From Candidatus Micrarchaeota archaeon (GTDB lineage Archaea; B1Sed10-29; JAJRYS01): 21,666 bases of DNA. Below are positions 6,975 through 15,296 of this stretch, piece after piece. The stretch's first letter is position 1, and each line of letters starts with the position of its first letter. The stretch is taken from contig CAZXTN010000009.1 in the NCBI GenBank assembly GCA_964643685.1, positions 1-21,666 on the forward strand, in the 5' to 3' direction. The notes below the pieces were generated by a model. That model made no database searches. It had not been told where the DNA came from and saw only the letters and a list, made by a program, of their open reading frames with translations. The position numbers were made by a program, and so were the translations under genes.

Positions 6975-8306
6975 TTTTTTAATGAGCTTGTCTACTGCTT
7001 TTTTGATTTCGTTTCCTTTCTTTTCTCTTATTTCATACCTTACTCTGATTATTGGCTTGTTTGTTTTGACAAGCTTGGCTAAATTGATTGGCGTGCCTGA
7101 AACAATGTAATCAGCTTCTGCTTTGTTTAAAGTTTTTTGCAAGTCCTTCAACTGCTTTTTTGAGTAGCCCATTGCAGGCACTATTTTTTTCAAATGAGGG
7201 AATTTTTCATAAACTTTTTTCAAGCTTCCTGTCAAGTACTTTTTAGGATTGATTATTTTAGCTCCTTGTTTTTCAGCGTAAATGAAAGCTGCTCCGAATC
7301 CAAGCCCGCCGTGAGTTGTTGTAGGCCCATCTTCAACTACAATTACTTTCTTGTTTCTAATTTTGAACTTTTCATCAGCTGCTATCAAAGAGTTTGCATG
7401 AATAATTTTTGCTTTCGAGTTTGCTTTTTCAGCGTTTTTCAGGATTTCAACGACTTGCTTTTTAGATGCAGAATTTTCCTTATTGATGACTATGTAGTCA
7501 GCGCTTCTGAAATTAACTTCTCCTGGATGAGATTTTAATTCATCTCCAGCTCTCAGGGGATCTGCTATGACAAACCACAAGTCTGGCTTGAAAAAAGGAA
7601 CTTCGTTATTGCCTCCGTCCCATACAATTACATCAGCTTCTTTTTCAGCTTGTTTTAAAATTTTTTCATAATCAACTCCTGAATAAACAACCATTCCTTG
7701 TTCAATGTACTGCTCGTACTCCTCCCTTTCTTCAATAGTGCAATTATATTTTTTTAAATCATTGTAAGTTTCAAACCTCATTACAACTTGTTTTTTCAAG
7801 TCACCGTAAGGCATTGGCTCCCTTACAGCAACTGCCTTAAGCCCTTTCTGCTTCAAATAAGACATCAGGTATTTTGACAGCTGTGATTTTCCGCATCCTG
7901 TTCTCACAGCAGTCACTGCTATTACTGGTTTTTTTGATTCAATCATTAAATTTTCAGGCGAAATTAACTTGAAATCAGCTCCTGCTGACAAGGCAATTGA
8001 AGCCAAATGCATCAAGTTTTCATGTGAAACGTCAGAATAAGCAAAAACGCACAACCTTATTTTATTTTTTTTAATAAAGTTTTTCAAACTTGATTCAGGA
8101 ATTGTTGGAATGCTTTTCTTGTAAAATTTTCCAGCTAATTCTTTTGGATAGCTTCTTAGCTTCTTATTAGTGGTGCCGAGGTTCTGTTCTTCAGCCATTG
8201 TAAAAGCAGCAACTTCATAAGAGGGGTTGTTTCTGAAAATCATGTTGAACACATGATAATCCATTCCTGCTCCGCCTATGATTACTGTTTTAGTTTTTTT
8301 AATCAT
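6966..8306 (-). CDS. COG2403 P-loop protein of the cyclic 2,3-diphosphoglycerate synthetase / arginine synthetase (ArcE)-like family
   Basis: IIGGAGMDYHVFN, YPKELAG..Y, FAYSDVSH, AVRTGCGKSQ, REPMPYGDL, CTIEEREEYE, WDGGNN, VVEDGPTTTHGG, PAMGYS. Confidence 0.85.
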   Translation of the reverse strand: MIKKTKTVIIGGAGMDYHVFNMIFRNNPSYEVAAFTMAEEQNLGTTNKKLRSYPKELAGKFYKKSIPTIPESSLKNFIKKNKIRLCVFAYSDVSHENLMHLASIALSAGADFKLISPENLMIESKKPVIAVTAVRTGCGKSQLSKYLMSYLKQKGLKAVAVREPMPYGDLKKQVVMRFETYNDLKKYNCTIEEREEYEQYIEQGMVVYSGVDYEKILKQAEKEADVIVWDGGNNEVPFFKPDLWFVIADPLRAGDELKSHPGEVNFRSADYIVINKENSASKKQVVEILKNAEKANSKAKIIHANSLIAADEKFKIRNKKVIVVEDGPTTTHGGLGFGAAFIYAEKQGAKIINPKKYLTGSLKKVYEKFPHLKKIVPAMGYSKKQLKDLQKTLNKAEADYIVSGTPINLAKLVKTNKPIIRVRYEIREKKGNEIKKAVDKLIKKLK

Positions 8307-8361
8307 TCAAGCACCTATTTCAGCACTTATTTTTTTCACAATTAAAAAAATGAAAATGAAG

Positions 8362-8444
8362 CGTAGGGGACGGGATTCGAACCCGCGCATCCGAAAGGAA
8401 ACTGGCTTAGCAGGCCAGCGCCGTAACCACTTGGCTACCCCTAC
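8362..8444 (-). tRNA. tRNA-Ser(GCT), intronless; CCA not encoded
   Basis: Acceptor GTAGGGG/CCCCTAC, discriminator G, anticodon arm CTGGC-CT-GCT-AA-GCCAG, long variable arm, T-arm GCGGG-TTCGAAT-CCCGT. TTTAAATA box at 8488-8481. Confidence 0.97.
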
Positions 8445-8520
8445 TTTTGAATTTTGCTGAAAAGATTGTATTATTACTATTATTTAAAAGAAGCGCTCAA
8501 TATTTTTTTTTAACAGCTTG

Positions 8521-9216
8521 TTAGTAAGTCATTTTTTCAAAAGCTTCATCAAGGGTTTCAACGCATTCAACGTTAATTGAAACATTTTCAGGAACTTCAT
8601 TGCATTGGCTTGATGGAATTAAAATTTCCTCCACTCCTTTTTGTTCAGCTACTTTTATTTTTACATCAAGCCCGTCGATTTTCAAAATCTTGCCTGTTTT
8701 AGTCAAAGTGCCTGTTAAAACAATTGACTTGTTAATGTTCTTGTTTTCAAGCAAAGCAATCAAGCCAATTGCCATAGTAGCTGAAGCTGAACTGCCGTCA
8801 ATGTCATGTGAAATTGAATCAAGCCTTATGAAAACGTCTTCGTTTCTTAAGCTCGTGTTTGTTTCTTTTTCAACATTGTAAATGACAAGAGGAATTGAAT
8901 CTTGAATAGAGCTTCCGAAAGCATGATTGGTCGTGTCAAAATAAATCCTGCCTTCCCCTGGTTTAAGAGTCAAGTGAATGTCAATCAATTCACCTGTCTT
9001 GTTATCGTCATGCACTCCAACTCCAAAAACAGTGACTGTTCTTCCTGATTCATTAAAAGGGCATTTTATAATTTTCTGAACAACCTGAGGACCCTGCTCC
9101 TGCAAGTAAACGTATTTAATCTGCTGTTCAGGCTGAGTAAAACGCACTCCAACTATGAAAAAAGTTTCAAACAAAATCACTGAAACCAAAATAGCAAAAA
9201 ACTTAACTAACTTCAT
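8521..9216 (-). CDS. Membrane-anchored S16 (Lon C-terminal domain) Ser-Lys protease without an ATPase domain
   Basis: N-terminal hydrophobic helix, PGEGRIY, catalytic DGSSASATMA, LTGTL...G.I..IDGLDVK (catalytic Lys), ILIP, VETLDEA. Confidence 0.88.
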   Translation of the reverse strand: MKLVKFFAILVSVILFETFFIVGVRFTQPEQQIKYVYLQEQGPQVVQKIIKCPFNESGRTVTVFGVGVHDDNKTGELIDIHLTLKPGEGRIYFDTTNHAFGSSIQDSIPLVIYNVEKETNTSLRNEDVFIRLDSISHDIDGSSASATMAIGLIALLENKNINKSIVLTGTLTKTGKILKIDGLDVKIKVAEQKGVEEILIPSSQCNEVPENVSINVECVETLDEAFEKMTY

Positions 9217-9307
9217 CAAATCAACTTTTTTACTTCCTTTATTTTTGTTTAGAAACAGTTATTGTTTTTAAAAACAACTGATAAAACCCACAACTTAAAA
9301 AAAACAA

Positions 9308-9752
9308 TTACTTTTCCTCTTTAACAAGTTCATTATAAGCATTATTCCATTTTAAAACAACTTTATACTCATCAAGCCATTTTTCAGGATGCTTCAAGCC
9401 CATTTCCCCAGCTATCCTCACAGCCTCTTCCTCATCAATAGCTCCTTTACCAAGCAATGAATTAACAGAACGAAATACTTTCAAATTCCTTTTAATAACA
9501 TCAACATCTTCAACTTCCTTCTCTTTTTTCAATTTCCTTCCTTCTTTCCTCTGCTTTTCAACTTTTTCAAAAAAAAACCTTTTTCCCTAAGAAACCCCCC
9601 TGCTGCAACCTTAAATTGCTTTTAAACAAAGAAGAAGCCTTAAAGCCATGTTTTTTCAATTCAGCAAGAGCATCAGGAACGCCGATTTTACCTTTCCTAA
9701 CTTCTTCAGACAATCTTTTTTGCATTTTTCTTTTCTTTAAAAAATTAAGCAA
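9308..9752 (-). pseudogene. Single hypothetical gene of about 147 aa interrupted by a +1 frameshift in a T9 run (track ORFs 9567-9752 and 9308-9532)
   Basis: Deleting one T from the run at 9569-9577 joins ...GKKVFF through EKVEKQRKEGRK to LKKEKEVED in frame. An AGGTGG RBS precedes the upstream start. Confidence 0.75.
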
Positions 9753-9808
9753 ACTACAACCACCTTACTTAGCTTGATTTAAAATCACGCAAAGTAAAAA
9801 GCAAAAGC

Positions 9809-10078
9809 GGCGGGAAGCTCTGGAACGCCCCCAATGCCTCAGGTTCAGTTGACTGCAGCTGCCCTCGTTTCTGCAACCCCAAAGACATCCAATGACCTTG
9901 TTATGGCTGCTCCGATCAAGGCCTGACCAGGTTCCAAAGCCACTGAATCCAATGGGACAGAAAGTCAGCAGGCAGTTGCAGGCTGAAGCCCTTGGCATGG
10001 AAACTGCTTCCAGGATTCGGCTCTCCCTAAAGCAGATTTGAAGACAGGGGACTGCTAACCCCCAAGCCTATTCCCGCC
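9809..10078 (-). ncRNA. ffs: Archaeal SRP (7S) RNA, about 270 nt
   Basis: Helix 1 GGCGGGAA/TTCCCGCC; Alu domain GGGGG-TTAGCAG-TCCCC-TGT with AGCAG/CTGCT loop-loop complementarity; helix 8 GGTCAGGCC..GGAGCAGCC; upstream TTTAAAAA box; downstream U-tracts. Confidence 0.93.
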
Positions 10079-10283
10079 AATTAAATTTATTGCCTTTTGT
10101 TTTTTAAAATACCTACTGCCTATGAAAATTTACTTGAAAAAAGCTGAAAAATAGTGAAAGTTGAAGCAGAAAATTTTTTGAAAAAAATCTCCTTGAAATT
10201 GAAAAAAGCTGAAAAAATTCAGCTTCAATACTTGCCTTGCTGTTGCTGTTTTTTCGTTTGACTTGTTTTGCTCTTGTTGATTG

Positions 10284-10332
10284 TAATAATGTTTATATAT
10301 TAGAAGGGTGTAAATTATGTAGTGAGGTGACG
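10284..10332 (+). promoter_or_regulatory. ftsZ promoter (TATA box) and Shine-Dalgarno sequence
   Basis: TTTATATA at 10292-10299. GAGGTGA at 10324-10330, 6 nt before the GTG start. Confidence 0.7.
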
Positions 10333-10336
10333 ATAA

Positions 10337-11416
10337 GTGGAATCTATTGTAAGAAATGCTATTAATGCAGAAAAACCAACACCCTCAGCAGTAAACTACG
10401 CAGAGGGACCAAAAATAATTGTTATGGGCTGCGGTGGAGCAGGAAATAACACTTTAAACCGTATGGCAAGACTTGGCGTTGCAGGAGCTGAGTTGATTGC
10501 TGTAAACACAGACAAGCAACACTTGACTTTGATACACGATTCTGTGAAAAAACTTTTAATAGGACAATCTGTTACTCGTGGACTAGGTGCAGGTGGTTAC
10601 CCTGACGTAGGAGCAAAAGCAGCTGAAGTATCCAGGGCAACTTTGTCACAAGCACTTGACGGAGCAGACATGGTCTTCCTAACAGCAGGTATGGGAGGAG
10701 GAACAGGAACAGGAGTAGCTCCAATAGTAGCTGACATTGCAAAAGAACAAGGAGCAATAGTAATTGCAATGGTTACTTACCCATTCAGACTAGAAAGAGC
10801 AAGGCTCATAAAAGCAGATGAGGGTATCCAAAAACTAAGAAAAGTAGCAGACACTGTAATCATAATCGACAACAACAGGCTAGTTGAACTAGTTCCAAAC
10901 TTGCCAATTGAACAAGCATTCTCAGTTGCAGACGAAGTCATTGGAAGAGCAGTTAAAGGAATAACAGAAACAATCACAACACCTTCATTAATCAACCTTG
11001 ACTACGCTGACGTAAGAAGCATCATGACACAAGGAGGCGTCTCAGTCATTTCAGTTGGAGAAGCAAAAGGACACCAGAGAGTAGAAGAAGTAGTTGAAGA
11101 CACTATGAGAAACAGCTTGCTTGACATTGACTACACTGGAGCAACTGGAGTATTAATACACATTACAGGTGGACCTGACTTGACAATGGGAGAAGCAAAC
11201 CAAATCGGAGAAAGGCTAACAGAGGCAGTTGACCCAAAAGCAACAGTCATATGGGGAGCAAGAATCATCCCAGAATACGAAGGCAAAATTGAAGTAATTT
11301 CAATCATGACAGGAGTCCAATCATCGCATGTAAGAGGCCCAATGGGAAATGCAATAGCAAGCGGAGCATCTGACAAGGATTTGGATTCAATGCTTGGAAT
11401 AAGCTACTTGAAATAA
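10337..11416 (+). CDS. ftsZ: Cell division protein FtsZ, archaeal FtsZ2 type
   Basis: [73 protein letters not shown]. The NTDKQHL, ERAR and LDYAD variants are typical of FtsZ2. Confidence 0.97.
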   Translation: MESIVRNAINAEKPTPSAVNYAEGPKIIVMGCGGAGNNTLNRMARLGVAGAELIAVNTDKQHLTLIHDSVKKLLIGQSVTRGLGAGGYPDVGAKAAEVSRATLSQALDGADMVFLTAGMGGGTGTGVAPIVADIAKEQGAIVIAMVTYPFRLERARLIKADEGIQKLRKVADTVIIIDNNRLVELVPNLPIEQAFSVADEVIGRAVKGITETITTPSLINLDYADVRSIMTQGGVSVISVGEAKGHQRVEEVVEDTMRNSLLDIDYTGATGVLIHITGGPDLTMGEANQIGERLTEAVDPKATVIWGARIIPEYEGKIEVISIMTGVQSSHVRGPMGNAIASGASDKDLDSMLGISYLK

Positions 11417-11459
11417 AAAAAACCAGTTTTTTTAAATTAAAAACAAGAAGAAGGAAAAA

Positions 11460-11525
11460 ATTAACAGGAAGCGTTTTTGATTCCACGCTTTTTCTCACCT
11501 CCTTCACTCTTTTTCTTTTGTTTTT
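11460..11525 (+). ncRNA. Candidate sRNA or 3'UTR element complementary to the ftsZ translation initiation region
   Basis: TCACCTC, GATTCCAC and AGCGTTTTT pair colinearly with the ftsZ SD, start codon and codons 6-8. TTTAAATT lies at 11431-11438 and a U-tract at 11510-11525. No expression evidence. Confidence 0.45.
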
Positions 11526-11573
11526 CAATTCCCACTTAGTTTTAATAACTTGCTTAAACTTAAGTTTGTTTCA

Positions 11574-12581
11574 ATGAAAAAATTAAAAATAGGCAAAGTA
11601 AAGCTAGACAACCCTTTAGTATTGGCTCCTATGGCTGGAGTAACAGACCACGGGTTCAGGCTTCAGGCAAGAAAATATGGAGCTGGGCTTGTATTCACTG
11701 AAATGGTTAACTCCATTCAAGTTATAAGGGCGCATGAAGCATTGGAACTGTTTAAAGGCAAGTCAGTGATTCCCTTGAATGAGTCAATTGACAGGCTGAA
11801 AATTACTGATGAAGAACGCCCAGTTACTATTCAATTATTCGGAGCTGAAGCTAAGACAATGGCTCAAGCAGGGCAAATACTTGAAAAAACAGCTGACATT
11901 ATTGACGTGAACCTCGGATGCCCTTCTCCTAAGATAACACAAGGCGACATGGGTTCAAAACTCCTAATTTACCCTGACAGGATAAAAAAAATATTAAATG
12001 AATTAGTGTCAACTGTGAAAAAACCAGTTACAGTTAAAATGAGGACTGGCTACACTTCAAACAAAAACGCTGTGAAAATAGCGAGGATATGTGAAAAAGC
12101 AGGAATTGACGCTTTAAGCGTTCATGGCAGGACTACAAAGCAAGGTTATTCAGGCAAAGCAGACTGGAACACCATTCTTAAAATAAAAAAAGAATTAAAC
12201 ATTCCAGTGATTGGAAACGGCGACATAACTACCCCTCAACAAGCAGTTGAAAAGCTTGAAAAAGTTGACGGAGTGATGATTGGAAGAGCAGCCAGAGGAA
12301 ACCCATTCATTTTCTCAAGAACAATTCACTTGATTAAAACAGGAGAGTTATTGCCAGAGCCAAGCAAAGAAGATAAAATTGAAGCTTTTAAAGAATATGT
12401 AAGGCTATCTGAAACTAGTTTAACCAAAGGCAAGACAAAATACGAGCAGAGAATTAACAAAAATTTTAAAATGCAAGCTGTTTTTTTCATGCGCGGGTTT
12501 GACGGAGCAGTTGAAATCAGAAGAAAAATAACTTCAATTAAAACAAATGAAGAGCTAATGAAATACTTAAACAGTCTTTAA
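11574..12581 (+). CDS. dusB: tRNA-dihydrouridine synthase, DusB/NifR3 type
   Basis: LAPMAGVTD, TEMV, IQLFG, IDVNLGCPSPK, PVTVKMRTG, VHGRT..QGYSGKADW, IGNGDI, GVMIGRAARGNPFIF. ATG 11574 preferred as the start. Confidence 0.93.
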   Translation: MKKLKIGKVKLDNPLVLAPMAGVTDHGFRLQARKYGAGLVFTEMVNSIQVIRAHEALELFKGKSVIPLNESIDRLKITDEERPVTIQLFGAEAKTMAQAGQILEKTADIIDVNLGCPSPKITQGDMGSKLLIYPDRIKKILNELVSTVKKPVTVKMRTGYTSNKNAVKIARICEKAGIDALSVHGRTTKQGYSGKADWNTILKIKKELNIPVIGNGDITTPQQAVEKLEKVDGVMIGRAARGNPFIFSRTIHLIKTGELLPEPSKEDKIEAFKEYVRLSETSLTKGKTKYEQRINKNFKMQAVFFMRGFDGAVEIRRKITSIKTNEELMKYLNSL

Positions 12582-12600
12582 AAAAAGAGTAGTTACTTCT

Positions 12601-14187
12601 TCAGTTTCTTATTTTCAAATACCATTTTTTAATAACTTGCCCAGCTGGCTTTCCAGTGAACGGGCCGTCTGAGTCACGCAACTGCCACTTCATGTCATCA
12701 CTTGGCTGGATTAAATACCAAGCCCATGGGTAAGTGCCTACAATCCATGACTTGTTTTCAATTGCTTCAAACATTGCCTCATACTGCTCTGACTGCTCAT
12801 ACAAATCCAATTCAGGGTTTTGAGGTGAGTTAAGCTGATAAATGTTAGAGCCATTCCAGCTGTGGAAAGACAATTCAGTGAACACAACAGGCTTGCCGTA
12901 TTTCTCATATAATTGCTTGGCGCAAGTATATTCAGCTGAATCTAGTTTTTCACTGAAGCTTTTCACAAGCTCATCTATTGAAGGATCCTTGTCAAGAGTT
13001 AATGGGAAGTAAGGCTCGAATCCAATGTAATCCAAGTCATCCCAGAACTTGATGTTCTTCGGCGCGTGGCAAGGAAACTCATTCCAGTTTGTCGGATTGT
13101 TTAACTGGCATGAAATTGAAAAAGTAATTTTTCCACTGTAATGCTTCCTAACTTCGCTTATGACTTTCCTCCACCTGTCAGTCGCATCGCTTGGAGCACC
13201 CATGTTTGCTAATTCTTCAATTGCAGAAGTGTCAAGCTCAGTCCCAATTGCATACATTTCAACGTGATTCTTCTCAGCTAAGTCAGCGAAGTGAACAGCG
13301 AACTTAGTGTATTCCTCGAACCAGTGGTCCCAGCCAGTGCTTGGAGCCACGTCACCACCTTCATGATTACTTGGCCCGTATCCAAAGTTAGTTATTCCTG
13401 GTTTTAGGAATACTTTCATTCCCCTTGCATGTGCTTTTTGAATAATTTCTTCTAATTGCTCGTCTGTTAAAGTTGGCGTGCTCCAGCCGTCAGTGTCGGG
13501 GTAGTCTCCGTCAGTTGCGTAAAATGGCTTGATTTCCTGCATGTCAGATGAGTTTGGGAAAGTGTACCAAGTGTTGACAAGTGAAATCCATTCAACTCCA
13601 TAGCTTTTAGCCAAATCCAAGTTGTAGTCAATGATATTAGGCGTGTTTAAGTCCTCTTGCCTCCAAAGCATTCCGCCAAACACAACTCCCTTCTGAAAAC
13701 CAGGCTTATCAATCACCTTGTTTGAATCAATCCAGTCAGAAACAGCATACAAGCCCCTTGGAAGAGAAGACAAGTCAAATGACTCAACTGATTTTGTGTT
13801 TAAAGAACCGCGTGAGAAGTAAAACTTTTTATTCATATCAAGCTTTGCCTTTCCTTCATAAATCACCTTGTCAATTTTGTTAAGTTTTAAGACAGTCGCG
13901 TTATCCCCTACTCCTAAATAAACATCTCCTTGGGTCCAGTAAGGCACTGAAACAATCAAGTCAACATCAATTAATTCAGGAATTGAAACATTAGAACCAG
14001 AGCCGTTTGCTGCTTCATTTCCCTCTCCTATTGAAGGTGAGCAGCTTCCGTCGCTGCAAACCAAGCCGATCGAGCAGTCAGAGTCAGTTGAACAAGAAGC
14101 TCCTGGCCCATTGTACCCAGTGCAACCAATTAAGAAAAAAGAGCCAAGCAGGAGGAATAACACAAATAATAACTTAATTTTTTTCAT
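12601..14187 (-). CDS. Lipoprotein glycoside hydrolase, GH113-like (clan GH-A TIM barrel), with a Cys-rich and a putative CBM module
   Basis: Signal peptide ending in FLIGC, AHARGMKVFLKP, WFEEY..F..HFA, YAIGTEL (acid/base), FWDDLDYIGFEPYFPL, KPVVFTEL (nucleophile). Start ATG 14187. Confidence 0.82.
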   Translation of the reverse strand: MKKIKLLFVLFLLLGSFFLIGCTGYNGPGASCSTDSDCSIGLVCSDGSCSPSIGEGNEAANGSGSNVSIPELIDVDLIVSVPYWTQGDVYLGVGDNATVLKLNKIDKVIYEGKAKLDMNKKFYFSRGSLNTKSVESFDLSSLPRGLYAVSDWIDSNKVIDKPGFQKGVVFGGMLWRQEDLNTPNIIDYNLDLAKSYGVEWISLVNTWYTFPNSSDMQEIKPFYATDGDYPDTDGWSTPTLTDEQLEEIIQKAHARGMKVFLKPGITNFGYGPSNHEGGDVAPSTGWDHWFEEYTKFAVHFADLAEKNHVEMYAIGTELDTSAIEELANMGAPSDATDRWRKVISEVRKHYSGKITFSISCQLNNPTNWNEFPCHAPKNIKFWDDLDYIGFEPYFPLTLDKDPSIDELVKSFSEKLDSAEYTCAKQLYEKYGKPVVFTELSFHSWNGSNIYQLNSPQNPELDLYEQSEQYEAMFEAIENKSWIVGTYPWAWYLIQPSDDMKWQLRDSDGPFTGKPAGQVIKKWYLKIRN

Positions 14188-14243
14188 GGTATAAATTAAA
14201 ACACTCAAGTTAATAAACTTTTGTCAACAAAAATAACAATTGA

Positions 14244-15269
14244 ATGGGAGTCAATTTAAGCGACGTCATTGAAAAAGAAAAAATAACAATACAGCAATTG
14301 AACGCAAGAGTAATAGCAGTAGACGCATTCAATTCCCTTTACCAATTTCTATCTACAATAAGGCAATTTGACGGCACTCCCTTAATGAATTCAAGAGGAG
14401 AAATCACTTCTCACTTGTCCGGATTGTTTTACAGGACAGTTAAACTAATTGAAAATGAGATAAAGCCAGTTTATGTCTTCGACGGCAAGCCGCCGGAACT
14501 GAAGCATGAGACAATAAATGAAAGAATTCAAGCCAAAAAAGAAGCTCTTGAAAAATACGAAAAAGCAAAACAAGAAAATGATTACGATGGAATGAGGAAA
14601 TACGCGCAGGCAACATCAAAGCTTACAAGTGAAATGATTTCAGAGTCAAAAGAGTTGCTGAAAGCAATGGGCCTCCCTGTTATCCAAGCACCTGGTGAGG
14701 GAGAAGCGCAAGCAGCTTTCATGGCAAGCGAAGGAAAATGCTGGGCAAGCGCGTCACAAGACTTTGATTCACTTTTATTCGGTTCCCCTAGATTAGTCAG
14801 GAACATGACTATAAGCGGCAGGAGAAAGCTTCCTGGAAAGCAAATTTATGTAATGGTTGAACCTGAATTAATAGAGCTTCAGAAGAACTTAAACAAGCTT
14901 GGGTTAACAAGAGAACAGCTTGTTGAAATCGGCTTGATGATAGGAACTGACTTCAACAAAGGAATCAAGGGAATAGGCCCTAAAAAAGCGCTGGAAGCAG
15001 TTAAGCAAGGCAAAACAATAGAAGAAGTAGCGAGTGAAAATGAAGTTGAACTGGAAGTCGACGCAGAAGAATTGAGGAAAATTTTCCTAAAACCCAACGT
15101 GACAAAAGAGTATGAAGTCAAGTTTAAAAAACCTGACACTGACAAGATAAAGGAAATTCTTGTGGAAAAAAACGACTTCTCAGAAGAAAGAATAAGGAAC
15201 TCGATTGAAAAGCTTGTGAAGTTCAGCGAGCAGAAAAACACGCAGTCAAAGCTTGACAACTGGTTTTAA
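14244..15269 (+). CDS. fen: Flap endonuclease 1
   Basis: MGV start, DAFNSLYQFLSTIRQFDGTPL, TSHLSGLFYRT, VFDGKPP, APGEGEAQAA, SQDFDSLLFG, GTDFN.GIKGIGPKKA, C-terminal PIP box QSKLDNWF. Confidence 0.98.
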   Translation: MGVNLSDVIEKEKITIQQLNARVIAVDAFNSLYQFLSTIRQFDGTPLMNSRGEITSHLSGLFYRTVKLIENEIKPVYVFDGKPPELKHETINERIQAKKEALEKYEKAKQENDYDGMRKYAQATSKLTSEMISESKELLKAMGLPVIQAPGEGEAQAAFMASEGKCWASASQDFDSLLFGSPRLVRNMTISGRRKLPGKQIYVMVEPELIELQKNLNKLGLTREQLVEIGLMIGTDFNKGIKGIGPKKALEAVKQGKTIEEVASENEVELEVDAEELRKIFLKPNVTKEYEVKFKKPDTDKIKEILVEKNDFSEERIRNSIEKLVKFSEQKNTQSKLDNWF

Positions 15270-15296
15270 AAAAAGAAAATTTATTACTTGGTTTAA

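Noticed and set aside
8278-8460. 60-aa plus-strand ORF
   Set aside because: Antisense to tRNA-Ser.
9262-9277. 16-bp palindrome TTGTTTTTAAAAACAA upstream of the S16 protease gene
   Set aside because: Mostly A/T runs around a TATA box; could be an operator but cannot be distinguished from chance.
9765-9998. 77-aa minus-strand ORF
   Set aside because: Lies largely within the SRP RNA gene, and its Cys/Gly-rich composition is unlike host proteins.
9809-10078. RNase P RNA
   Set aside because: No GAGGAAnnUC or ACAGAA conserved regions; the Alu domain and helix 8 identify it as SRP RNA.
11304-11528. Minus-strand ORF with GGAGGTG and an in-frame GTG at 11486
   Set aside because: Runs antisense into ftsZ and encodes a low-complexity peptide. 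The SD and GTG are better explained as the mirror of the anti-ftsZ complementarity. Not fully excluded.
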